Source: a bacterium
GTDB lineage: Bacteria > SZUA-182 > DTGQ01 > JAFGSM01
NCBI GenBank assembly: GCA_049472335.1
Contig: JBLIRO010000017.1
Span: 1-64,000, forward strand
Length of the DNA: 64,000 bases
Direction of reading: 5' to 3'
Shown here: one piece after another, positions 52,707 through 61,894 of the stretch
Layout of the letters: the number at the start of each line of letters is the position of its first letter
Numbering within the stretch: the first letter of the stretch is position 1
Notes under the pieces: model-generated
Database searches by the model: none
Told to the model about the DNA's origin: nothing
Seen by the model: the letters and a program-made list of their open reading frames with translations, nothing else
Program-made: the position numbers and the translations under genes

Positions 52707-52749
52707 AAGCCGGCGATAGGAATTGAACCTACGACCCGCTGATTACGAA
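52707..52749 (-). repeat. tRNA-Thr(CGT) 3'-half copy (att site)
   Basis: Minus strand TTCGTAATCAGCGGGTCGTAGGTTCAATTCCTATCGCCGGCTT: anticodon loop, T-arm and 3' acceptor strand; no 5' half. Confidence 0.88.
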
Positions 52750-52863
52750 TAATTACCTCTGGACTTAACAACCTCCTCAAAATTCAATAACTTGTTGAAA
52801 TTATAGAATTTCATGTTTGTCATATTTTGTCATATTTTTGCAGATTTTAGTAAATTCTGGAAA

Positions 52864-52890
52864 AAAGTCACACCCAAAGTCACACCCAAA
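52864..52890. repeat. Tandem AAAGTCACACCC repeat (possible integrase arm site)
   Basis: Two exact 12-bp copies about 115 bp from the att core; similar TCTCACAC x2 near 50598-50617. Confidence 0.55.
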
Positions 52891-52996
52891 ATAACTCATC
52901 AATCTTTTAAATTGAGAATCAAATCAGACCATTATCTTTTACTCCTTATTCACTTCAGGAGAATGGGGTGACTGTAGAGGAGTAGTTGGTGGAATC

Positions 52997-53182
52997 ATGA
53001 GTAGAGGCAACTTTGGTGGCGGTAGCTATTATAAAAATGAGCTTTTTTGTGACTTACACAACCGACATCATATCAACGATAGTTGTCAAGATTGCTTTTA
53101 TTCCAGACTGTGCCGGGGAGGTTTGAAGTGCCTTTTTTACGCATTAATCGGAGATCCGGTCAAGATTGATCCCGGGTGTTGA
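52997..53182 (+). pseudogene. SPASM-domain fragment of a radical SAM protein
   Basis: CQDCFYSRLCRGGLKC...GDPVKIDPGC with no upstream radical SAM core. Confidence 0.6.
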
Positions 53183-53429
53183 TTCGTATCAGATGACCAT
53201 CAAGTGTCAGGCCCAAAGAAGGTTTTCTTCGCATAGACACAATCATGGTGTTAGTTTGAAATTGAGAAAAATTTGAGGGAAAAGAAGAAATTTAAGGGAT
53301 GGAGAATCTGATTATTACTTCTCTATCCCTTTTAATATGAAAACTTGGGTTATCCATTAATTCCACATATTGTGATCCGTAAAGTTGTTCACTTTTATTT
53401 AAACATATCATAAAAGATTCAACCAGTGC

Positions 53430-53882
53430 TTAATGTTTATGAGATTTATCCGTTGTCTGTGTCGCATGAACCTCCTGCACAAGAAAATCCTTTATGGAAT
53501 CTATTAGTCCATTTATTTCCCCAAAATATATTCCGATCTCTTTCAGAATAGCATCTACCAATGGAGCCTGACTCCTATAATGCAGGGCGCTATTTACCAT
53601 CTGCTCCGCGAGATTTCGGCTGCCTGAATTGCTGTTAGTCTCAGGATGACTCATCAAACCTCCGTTGAGCGCATCTACCTGCAAGATTTTGATATCACTG
53701 ATGGCCTCCTTAGGCTTGACACTGGCATTAATGATATCGGAGAGATGTTCGATGATGGCCTGCTTGATCTTCATGGATATGATCTCTGAAGAAAGTAGCT
53801 TCTTCGCCTTATATAGAGCCTTTTTCCCCTCTGCCTCGGCAAGATATTCCGCTTTGACAGCTTCTACCAGGAGCATCTTCAC
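53430..53882 (-). pseudogene. Flotillin (YqiK-like) C-terminal fragment
   Basis: AEAEGKKAL, SVKPKEAISDIKILQV and EQMVNSALHYRSQAPLVD motifs; no SPFH domain. Confidence 0.75.
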
Positions 53883-54028
53883 GTCTGATTCTCCTTTGGC
53901 AAGGAGTCGATTCCTCTAATGTCCTCCGCCAGCACTGCTTTGGGCACCGAGTTTTCTAACATATCCACAATCTTGTGTGCGCTCCCGGCGATAATTCTCC
54001 CTACGCGTGATGTGATGCCCTCTTTCAT
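53879..54028 (-). pseudogene. PspA/IM30-like N-terminal fragment (49 codons)
   Basis: AGGAGG RBS, then MKEGITSRVGRIIAGSAHKIVDMLENSVPKAVLAEDIRGID; not in the ORF track. Confidence 0.6.
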
Positions 54029-54115
54029 GATTGACCTCCTTATTGTATTAAAAGTATTGTTATTGCCAGCGACGTGATCTCGTATGTAGCGTGCCGTGGT
54101 TTCAGTACATCCTCG

Positions 54116-55234
54116 CTATGACAGATTATGCACATTTTCCCCTGTGTCTATTTCAAAAAAGTGAGAGAATTTTGTATCAAAAACAAAGGAACATTCTTTT
54201 CCCTTCTCCACCATATAGTCTGGGTTGCTCCTACAAATCATGGCATCTTTCCCCACCTTGAAGTGGAAGATCTTTTCATTTCCCATGAGCTCAACGAGAG
54301 ACACTTCCCCCTTAACAAGATTCTTTTTCTCTCTTGAACCGAGTCTCTGAACCTTGATATGTTCGGGCCTAATTCCCATTTCCAGCAATTTATTGCTATA
54401 AGGGATCAATGTCCTCCTTTTTTCCTCCGGCAGTGCAAACCGTGTCCCTCCTACCTCAAAGAAAAGGGTGTTCGCCTCCGAAAAGACCTTTCCCCTGATC
54501 ATGTTCATCTCAGGTGAGCCGATGAATCGGGCCACAAACCGGTTTGCAGGATGGTCATATATCTTCATGGGCTCATCCACCTGCATGATATGTCCTGCAT
54601 TCATGACACAGATCCTGTCTCCCATGGTCATGGCCTCCACCTGGTCATGGGTGACATAAACCATGGTCGTGCCGAGAGCCTTTTGGATCTTGATGATCTC
54701 GGCCCGCATGTGGACCCTGAGCTTGGCATCCAGATTGGAAAGCGGCTCGTCAAAAAGGAAGACATCGGGCTCCCTGACAATTACCCGTCCCACTGCCACC
54801 CGCTGCCTTTGGCCTCCGGAAAGGGCCTTTGGCTTTTTCCGGAGATGTTCTTCAAGGCCCAGAATTTTGGCTGCTTTCATGACCCTTTTCTTGATCTCGG
54901 ATTTGGGCAGCCTTCTGATTCTAAGGCCATAGGCCATGTTGTCGAATACTGTCATATGAGGATAAAGGGCATAATCCTGAAAGACCATGGCCACATTCCG
55001 TCCAGATGGAGGCAGGTCATTGACACGCATATCATTGATGATAAGATCCCCGCTAGCAATATCCTCAAGGCCAGCGATCATTCGCAGTGTCGTGCTCTTG
55101 GCACAGCCGGAAGGGCCAACCAACACCATGAACTCCCCGTCCTTGATCTCGAGGTTGATCCCGTGCACAGCTTCAAAACCGTTCGGGTATATCTTCCGTA
55201 TATCCTTCAATAAAATCCTTGACATAATGAACAT
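54116..55234 (-). CDS. CUT1 ABC ATPase (copy B)
   Basis: GPSGCAKS and LSGGQRQR motifs; close paralog of 25839..26951. Confidence 0.96.
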   Translation of the reverse strand: MFIMSRILLKDIRKIYPNGFEAVHGINLEIKDGEFMVLVGPSGCAKSTTLRMIAGLEDIASGDLIINDMRVNDLPPSGRNVAMVFQDYALYPHMTVFDNMAYGLRIRRLPKSEIKKRVMKAAKILGLEEHLRKKPKALSGGQRQRVAVGRVIVREPDVFLFDEPLSNLDAKLRVHMRAEIIKIQKALGTTMVYVTHDQVEAMTMGDRICVMNAGHIMQVDEPMKIYDHPANRFVARFIGSPEMNMIRGKVFSEANTLFFEVGGTRFALPEEKRRTLIPYSNKLLEMGIRPEHIKVQRLGSREKKNLVKGEVSLVELMGNEKIFHFKVGKDAMICRSNPDYMVEKGKECSFVFDTKFSHFFEIDTGENVHNLS

Positions 55235-55240
55235 CTCCTT

Positions 55241-56077
55241 TTATTTTACTGCGCCGGTAAGCATCCCGGCCTTAAGATATTTTTGCAGGATAAAGGTAAT
55301 AATAATCACCGGGATGGTGATGATTGTTGCGTATGCAGCGGAATTGAAGATCCCTCCTCTGTTTAGATAGTAGTAAGTCTGGAGTGGAAGGGTATTTTCA
55401 CAGATCGTGAGATATAATGCATAGGTGAATTCATTCCACGATTCCAGCCAGACCAGCAGGACTGCTACAGAAACACCCGGCAGGGAGAGTGGAAATATGA
55501 TTCTGAACAAGGTCCTGAGCTTTCCTGCTCCATCCACGAAAGATGCCTCTTCGAGTGAATAGGGAATCGTTTCAAATGTGCCCACCAGGATCCATGCCAC
55601 ATAGGGGAGAACCTTGATCAGGTGGGCCAGAATCAGACCTGCGGATCTATCCACCAGGCCCCAGCTCAGGAACCGGATGCTGATTGGCAGGGCAATCCCC
55701 ACCTCCGGAAACATCCTGGAGATAAACAGGGACATGATAAAAAGGTATTTCCATTTCCTGCCAACCCTTGAAATGACATAAGCCGCCGGGGCTGCGATAA
55801 GAATCGCAAGAATTGCCGTCATCGTTGCAACATTCATGCTTTTCAGGAGTGAAGGGCCCAAGAGCCCGGAACGATAGACATTTTCCCAGTGTTCCAGACT
55901 GAATCCACCCCTGTTAAGGAGTAAGTCCTTATGAGGCTTGTAGAATACCTGAGGTCTCATCAGCGATATCTGGACCATGAGAAAGATTGGGTAAAGGATA
56001 ATCATGGCCACAAATGCGATGGACAGATAAATCCATATCTTTTTGAGCCATCTTTTTTTATTAAGCGAACGAATCAT
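55241..56077 (-). CDS. CUT1 ABC permease MalG-like (copy B)
   Basis: Same length as 24980..25816, with long identical blocks. Confidence 0.94.
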   Translation of the reverse strand: MIRSLNKKRWLKKIWIYLSIAFVAMIILYPIFLMVQISLMRPQVFYKPHKDLLLNRGGFSLEHWENVYRSGLLGPSLLKSMNVATMTAILAILIAAPAAYVISRVGRKWKYLFIMSLFISRMFPEVGIALPISIRFLSWGLVDRSAGLILAHLIKVLPYVAWILVGTFETIPYSLEEASFVDGAGKLRTLFRIIFPLSLPGVSVAVLLVWLESWNEFTYALYLTICENTLPLQTYYYLNRGGIFNSAAYATIITIPVIIITFILQKYLKAGMLTGAVK

Positions 56078-57069
56078 TTTTCATTCTCCCTTTCTGTGAT
56101 AAAAAGGTAGGTAAACACAAAAAACATTATAATAGCTGTCAGGATAGTGGCGCTTGCTGCAGAAAGGTAATAGTTTTGCCTGGCATATTCTGCATAAGTA
56201 AAGGTGGAGATGACAGGAACAGTGGCCGCTCCTGTTAAGATCAATGGCAGTTCGAAGATCCGAAAGGCATCGATCGCACGCAGGATAAGAGCTATAGTGA
56301 TATGTGGTTTCAGGAGCGGCAGGATTACGGTAAAAAATTTATAAATTGGTTTTGCGCCTTCGATCTGACATGCCTCGTGTACAGTCTCAGGTATGGATTC
56401 CAGCCCTGCCAGAAAAAGGAGGACCAGCAGGGGGAGCACCTTCCAGGTATCGGCAAATACAATCATGAAGATGGAGAGGAATCCGCCGCCAGCCCAATCA
56501 ATGGTAATGTTTCCCAAAATCCCGAGGCGGTAAAGGATCTCATTGAGATATCCTTGGGTATCGAAGATATAGGTCATGATTGTTGCTGCAACGATGGTGG
56601 GGATGCCCAGAGGCGTCAGAACAATAGTGCAGAAGATACCCTTGCCGCTGAACTTCTGAGTAAGGAAAAGGGCTATCCCCATAGCAATCGTCAACTGGAC
56701 CATAAGTCCAATAATCGTTATGGCAAGGGTGTTGAATATGCCCTTTCGAAAGGACTTATCATTTAGGAGCGTTTTATAATTGCTCAGGGAATAGCCGCTT
56801 CCATTTTCTTTCAGTTTCTTCAGTTCTTTTTCTGCATCTTTCAGCTCTGAAAGATATTCCTGTCGTTCCTCATCAAATTTGGCATTCTCCATATCATATT
56901 TAATGTCATTAATCTGTGTGGTCAGGATTGAATATTTTCTCCCGTATTTCTGGTCAACAAAACTGTTTTTAATATTGGAAATTACCGGAAGAAAGGTAAA
57001 GCCAAGGATATAGAGAAATAGTGGCGTGATCATGAGGATCTCGAGCTGATGTTTCCTGAAAAATTTCAT
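56074..57069 (-). CDS. CUT1 ABC permease MalF-like (copy B); start 57069 or 57090
   Basis: Aligns to copy A from MKFFRKHQLEILMITPLFLY. Confidence 0.92.
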   Translation of the reverse strand: MKFFRKHQLEILMITPLFLYILGFTFLPVISNIKNSFVDQKYGRKYSILTTQINDIKYDMENAKFDEERQEYLSELKDAEKELKKLKENGSGYSLSNYKTLLNDKSFRKGIFNTLAITIIGLMVQLTIAMGIALFLTQKFSGKGIFCTIVLTPLGIPTIVAATIMTYIFDTQGYLNEILYRLGILGNITIDWAGGGFLSIFMIVFADTWKVLPLLVLLFLAGLESIPETVHEACQIEGAKPIYKFFTVILPLLKPHITIALILRAIDAFRIFELPLILTGAATVPVISTFTYAEYARQNYYLSAASATILTAIIMFFVFTYLFITERENEK

Positions 57070-57097
57070 GGCATATTCCTTTTTGATCATTTTTATC

Positions 57098-58300
57098 TCA
57101 CCTCTCCAGTTCTTCTTGAAGAGCTTTGGCATATCTGTCCAGCGTCTCTTTCACATCCTGGCCGTCCATGACAATATCCTTGAAGGCCAGGTTCACATAT
57201 TTGTCTACTGCCGACCAATTCATGATGGAAGGCCTGTAATACCCATACTGAAGCGCCTTAGAGATTGCCTTGAAAAATGGCTTCTGCCATTCCTGAACAT
57301 CTCTGGTCACATCATTTCTGATGGGGGGCCAGCCAAGCTCGGAGACAAAGATCTTCTGTACTTCTTTACTCATGAGGTATCGGGCAAACCTCAAGGCGAG
57401 GTTTTTGTTTTTCGATCTCTTTGTGATGGCAATCACATCCCCCCCAATAACTGTTGCCTTGCCATTCGGGCCTTCCCAATTGTCAAATGCCCGTATGTTT
57501 GTTTTTTTGTTCTGTTTACAGATCACATTCATCCCAAAGGGCCAGTTTCGGGCAAGATACACCGACTCTTCCGAGAGAAACTTGTTGGTAGTATTCCAGT
57601 TCGCTTTTTTGGACTCAGGACTCAGATAAGGATACAATTCTTTAAGGAATGTGAATGCCTTGATGCACCCTGCATCATTGAGGATTGTGATATCTCCGCC
57701 TGCGGCCTTGATAAACTCAAAAACCTGGCAGGTGGTATTCCCATCAAGTGTGCCGTGAATAGCAATCCTTCCAATACCAAACTCACTTTTCAGCTTCTTT
57801 GCTACATTGATTAAATCATCCCAGGTCTGAGGGACTTTGTATCTCTTTCCGTCAAAGATATCCGTATTGAAATAGGTTATTTGTACATTTGGTCTTCCGG
57901 GGAAGAACATCAATTTCCCTTGAAACGTAAGGGGCTTCACGAGGGCCGAATATATTTCCATGTCAATCATCTCCCTGTATCGATCAAGCCTGAGCACCAG
58001 CCTTTTCTCCACATAAGGAGCCAGATTCATGTTGTCGATAAATAATAAGTCGATGCTCATCCGGTTTGCCCTGTGCATGGCCTCGATCTTTTTGAGTGTA
58101 TCCTGTGCCTCGATATTGACCGCCCTGATCCTAACATTTTCTTTTTCTTCAAAAGGTGGAAAGATCCTTTCCCTCATTACCTTCCATTCATATTCCCCAA
58201 GGGACATGGAGATGTTCAGGATGCGTATCCCCGGGTTTTGACTTTTACAGCCTGTAAGCAGAAATAAAATAATGATTGAGCAAATCCAAAATCCTTTCAT
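57098..58300 (-). CDS. CUT1 ABC substrate-binding lipoprotein (copy B)
   Basis: Lipobox LTGC; close paralog of 22773..23969. Confidence 0.93.
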   Translation of the reverse strand: MKGFWICSIIILFLLTGCKSQNPGIRILNISMSLGEYEWKVMRERIFPPFEEKENVRIRAVNIEAQDTLKKIEAMHRANRMSIDLLFIDNMNLAPYVEKRLVLRLDRYREMIDMEIYSALVKPLTFQGKLMFFPGRPNVQITYFNTDIFDGKRYKVPQTWDDLINVAKKLKSEFGIGRIAIHGTLDGNTTCQVFEFIKAAGGDITILNDAGCIKAFTFLKELYPYLSPESKKANWNTTNKFLSEESVYLARNWPFGMNVICKQNKKTNIRAFDNWEGPNGKATVIGGDVIAITKRSKNKNLALRFARYLMSKEVQKIFVSELGWPPIRNDVTRDVQEWQKPFFKAISKALQYGYYRPSIMNWSAVDKYVNLAFKDIVMDGQDVKETLDRYAKALQEELER

Positions 58301-58306
58301 GATTTA

Positions 58307-58353
58307 TCTCCTTTCTTTATCCCTATTAGAGCCATTTCATTCCATTTCCTTCC
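58307..58353 (-). repeat. 47-bp leader repeated at 61653-61699
   Basis: 40/47 identical by hand alignment; includes the AAGGAG RBS. Confidence 0.8.
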
Positions 58354-58647
58354 GGACTTTGTTGACAAAAAATGCTTAAAGTATATAAGTGACTATTTAT
58401 CATAGGATTTTTGCCATGGAGGGTATCATCATTCAGGAACTCATCAATAGGTGAAGAATGGAATATATATGTCTGGGCAGATCTTACTTTTTAAGAGTAA
58501 TAAATGTTATGAGGTTACTTGAAGGCTTAGCACAAAAATTCTTGCCAGGGATTCGATTGATAAATAGGGGGGGAGAGGTATAATTACCAATGATTTCAAT
58601 ACGGATGGATTTTTGCTAAGGACACACATTTTAGCTTACTACAACAA

Positions 58648-59625
58648 CTACCAACCGCCGCTAGCTCCGCCTCCGCCAAAACCTCCTCCCCCACCGGAAA
58701 AACCACCTCCCCCTCCACCAAAGATTCCTCCGCTTCCACCTGAAGGACTATTTCGAACAGATTCCTTTAAATCGGACCAAAAATTGTCAACATAAAGATG
58801 ACCCACTAAGAAAAAGCTTCCGAAGAATAAGCCTATACCATAAGACATTATTGTAAAAAAATAAAAATCTTCAAACGGCTTAATCATTAAATTAAGAAAA
58901 ACCACATAATGGAGGATAGCTCCGAATATAAAAAAAATAATATCGAAAAATAGTTTAAGCACCCATTTTTCTTCTTTTTTTCTACATAAAATATAGAGAA
59001 GGATTCTAAAAAATCCTCTTATCATCCATAAAGCTAAACCACCTGCCAGGAAAAATAGAAATAGGAGAAACATTTCTAAATGATTATTGCATCTATGTTC
59101 AGTTGTTTTATAATAGCCGTACTTTCGCTTTGTTGTATTTATGATTGCATAAAGACCATTTTTTATCCCTAGGAAATAAGATCCCTTTTTAAAAAGGGGG
59201 GCAATCTTCTCCCGAATAATCGATCCACAGAATCCATCTGGTAATGCACCCTCTAAACCATATCCAACCTCCATGCGAAGCTTTCTTTCCTGCTTTACAA
59301 TTAGTAAAATAACACCATTGTCTCTTCCCTTTTGGCCAATCTTCCATTTATCAGCAAGGCGTATAGAGTAATTTTCTAAGACTTCTCCTCTCAAAGTTTC
59401 AATAGTTACTACTACTATTTGATTGGATGTTACCCTCTCATTATTTTCCAGTAATCTTTCCAACTCAATTTCCTCGGATGAGGTAAGCATATCGGCAAAA
59501 TCATTAATTCTACCGATAAGTTTAGGAATGGGCTGTCCTGCAAATGTTGCACTAAAAATTACATTGAAAATGAAAAAGATAGATAAGAATATAATTAGCC
59601 ATGTTTTTTCCATTAAGTATTTCAA
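58648..59625 (-). CDS. TPM-domain (YgcG-like) membrane protein
   Basis: GRINDFADML, QIVVVTI, WKIGQKGRDNG and EVGYGLEG motifs; GGGGFGGGGASGGW tail. Confidence 0.93.
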   Translation of the reverse strand: MKYLMEKTWLIIFLSIFFIFNVIFSATFAGQPIPKLIGRINDFADMLTSSEEIELERLLENNERVTSNQIVVVTIETLRGEVLENYSIRLADKWKIGQKGRDNGVILLIVKQERKLRMEVGYGLEGALPDGFCGSIIREKIAPLFKKGSYFLGIKNGLYAIINTTKRKYGYYKTTEHRCNNHLEMFLLFLFFLAGGLALWMIRGFFRILLYILCRKKEEKWVLKLFFDIIFFIFGAILHYVVFLNLMIKPFEDFYFFTIMSYGIGLFFGSFFLVGHLYVDNFWSDLKESVRNSPSGGSGGIFGGGGGGFSGGGGGFGGGGASGGW

Positions 59626-59730
59626 TTTATTCCATTCCTAATACTAAGGATTTATCCTTGTTTTTAATCGGTTCACAACATTGAATTGGAGTGAACAATC
59701 CCTCCGTTCGCTTGACTAACTTATTTGCCA

Positions 59731-61605
59731 TTAATGTGGCTGTTGTTCCTCACTAAATTGTGTTTTAGTCTGGACAGCCCTTTCTCCACCCAACAAATCT
59801 CCAAGAATTCCTGCGACACCTGCAAGCATATTAGCTCCACTATTTTCACCGACAGTAAACACACGCTCAGGCACGAACTTTTGTGCATTGGTCAGAGCAG
59901 TTGTCAATACATCTGGATGATCCTCAAAAAAGTCGAAAGTACGTCCTGTAATGAATTCGAATTTGCGTAGTTCGACTACACGATTCTCACCAAGTACATT
60001 CGCCTGCGCTCTCTGACCCTCAGCAATGAGGTTAAGCTTATCCCTCTCACCTTTACCTTCATTCCTGCGTGCAATAGCGAACTGCTCGGAACGCTTTACT
60101 TCGATCTGGGCATCAACGAGCTCATGCTGTTGGTCAGCAGTAGCCTTGGCTTGCTCAGTGGCGATACGTTCAGTCTGAGCAGTTCGCTCCTCGATGAAAG
60201 CCTTCTTCAACTGTTGGGCCAATTGTTCACGCTGACGAGTAGCCAAAATTTCTGGTGGGATCACTGGATCACCAAAGCGGATCTCTTTAATGTCCACACC
60301 GGCCTTTAAGCCTTCAGGCCGAATAATTTCCTCCACATTTTGTTCCAGCACATCACGAATTTCGATTAGATCGAGCACCTTTGTCTTACGAAAGACCTCA
60401 TTAACTACTGGGCGGCCACTTTTATCGAGGACAGGATTACCTTTTTTATCCAGAACCGGCATTGGAATGCGGATAGTCCCACCTACAACGTTACGGAGAA
60501 CAGAACGGATCGCTGGGGTTATAATGCGATCTTCAATCTGTTCAAGGCCGCCTACTGATGCAATTACAAATGGTGCATTTTCCGGCGTAACTTGAACAAG
60601 AGCCCGAAGTTCCTGATGAATACCCCAGCCCTCGACCACAATAGACACAGCTTGATCAGCAGCAGTTTTAGGAACCTCAACCTTTTCGGATCGTTCATTC
60701 ATGGTGATCTCGCCCTTTTGATCCACCTTCAAGTCAATAGCACGTTTAAGGTAACCACCTTTATATTCCCATGTTTGGACTCGTGTATCGACCAGTGTAA
60801 CATTGTAAGCCTTTTGATTAATGTAATATTTGCCTGGGTTTAAAGCTTGCTCCCATACACCAATGCAACCGACAGGAACAAGTGGAACAGCCAATTCATG
60901 TCCGTTGATGGTACGTTCACTTTCACATGAGCAATCCGTTGGCTTCTCAGTTCTCAGGTTGCCGAAGTTCACTGCAGAATGCACGTTAGACTTTATTACT
61001 CCGACAAAGCCTTCTGGGACTTCGGTCACCTTATCAGTTTTAACATCCCATAGGAAAAGGTTTAGCCTGTATTTGCCGGGTGTTAGAATCGAGGTTTGTG
61101 GTCCTTTTTGGCCATTATGGGTCAGGAAATATGCTGCATCACTAACCATCTTGGAGGCTTCTTCAGGAGTAAATGCATCAGCGTATGTCTGATCTGGTCG
61201 AAGTGGTTGACCATCATGAGCAATGAGATATCCATAATGACCTTCTTGAATTTCCACAACTTTCTTATTTGTTACGTTGTATAGAATTTTCAAGAGCAGT
61301 CCTGAATGAAAACCTGGTGGTAAAATTTTAGACTGTGGTCCTTTCTCACCATTGGCGGCAATAATTGCGCCATTCTTGAGGTCTCTTCCAAAGTGATTTT
61401 TGACCAAGTGTCCCGTTTCATTTTCTCCTACAAAGAGAACAGATGTAGAGACCACAAGGATTAAGGCAAGAAAGATCCCAAAAATTCTAATGAATATCCG
61501 GATCATCCTGAAATTTGTTTCTTTACCTTTATCTATGGTTTTAATGAATTTAGGGATAAATAATATAAGGAAGACGATGAGAATTATGAGTATAGTCGTG
61601 CCCAT
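59731..61605 (-). CDS. SPFH/flotillin-like membrane protein
   Basis: N-terminal TMs, repeated GxKGPQ..IL.PG units, PAIRSVLRNV and an AxQ/E-rich coiled coil. AGGAGG supports ATG 61605. Confidence 0.8.
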   Translation of the reverse strand: MGTTILIILIVFLILFIPKFIKTIDKGKETNFRMIRIFIRIFGIFLALILVVSTSVLFVGENETGHLVKNHFGRDLKNGAIIAANGEKGPQSKILPPGFHSGLLLKILYNVTNKKVVEIQEGHYGYLIAHDGQPLRPDQTYADAFTPEEASKMVSDAAYFLTHNGQKGPQTSILTPGKYRLNLFLWDVKTDKVTEVPEGFVGVIKSNVHSAVNFGNLRTEKPTDCSCESERTINGHELAVPLVPVGCIGVWEQALNPGKYYINQKAYNVTLVDTRVQTWEYKGGYLKRAIDLKVDQKGEITMNERSEKVEVPKTAADQAVSIVVEGWGIHQELRALVQVTPENAPFVIASVGGLEQIEDRIITPAIRSVLRNVVGGTIRIPMPVLDKKGNPVLDKSGRPVVNEVFRKTKVLDLIEIRDVLEQNVEEIIRPEGLKAGVDIKEIRFGDPVIPPEILATRQREQLAQQLKKAFIEERTAQTERIATEQAKATADQQHELVDAQIEVKRSEQFAIARRNEGKGERDKLNLIAEGQRAQANVLGENRVVELRKFEFITGRTFDFFEDHPDVLTTALTNAQKFVPERVFTVGENSGANMLAGVAGILGDLLGGERAVQTKTQFSEEQQPH

Positions 61606-61894
61606 TTCAAACACCTCCTTTTGTTATGGATAAAGTCTTTTTAATGACCATTTCTCCTTTCTTCATTCCTATTAGAGTCGTTTCATATCAATTCCTTCCA
61701 AAAATTTTGTAAATGGTCGACGAATACGTCTAAGGGACTGTCTTGTTAAAGGTTTTCACATAAGTGGCTAAAGAAAGATAAATCAGTAGCTAACGCAAAA
61801 GGATATTATCTGTCGCTGGGGATTAAAGCCTTTATATGATTTCCTATATTTATCGATTGTTTTTAACAAATAAGGAGCGTTGCAGCATTTGAGG

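Noticed and set aside
52707..52749. Intact tRNA-Thr gene
   Set aside because: Only the anticodon loop to the 3' end is present; there is no D-arm or 5' acceptor strand.
54128..57814. Long plus-strand ORFs (for example 220 aa and 248 aa)
   Set aside because: They are antisense shadows of well-supported ABC genes; the same applies to ORFs inside ftsH, GH57, the sulfatase and SPFH genes.
58529..58547. Sigma54 promoter upstream of ABC copy B
   Set aside because: TGGCA is present, but the GC is not 10 nt from the GG.
58613..58795. Poly-proline ORF
   Set aside because: It is the antisense of the Gly-rich tail of the TPM protein.
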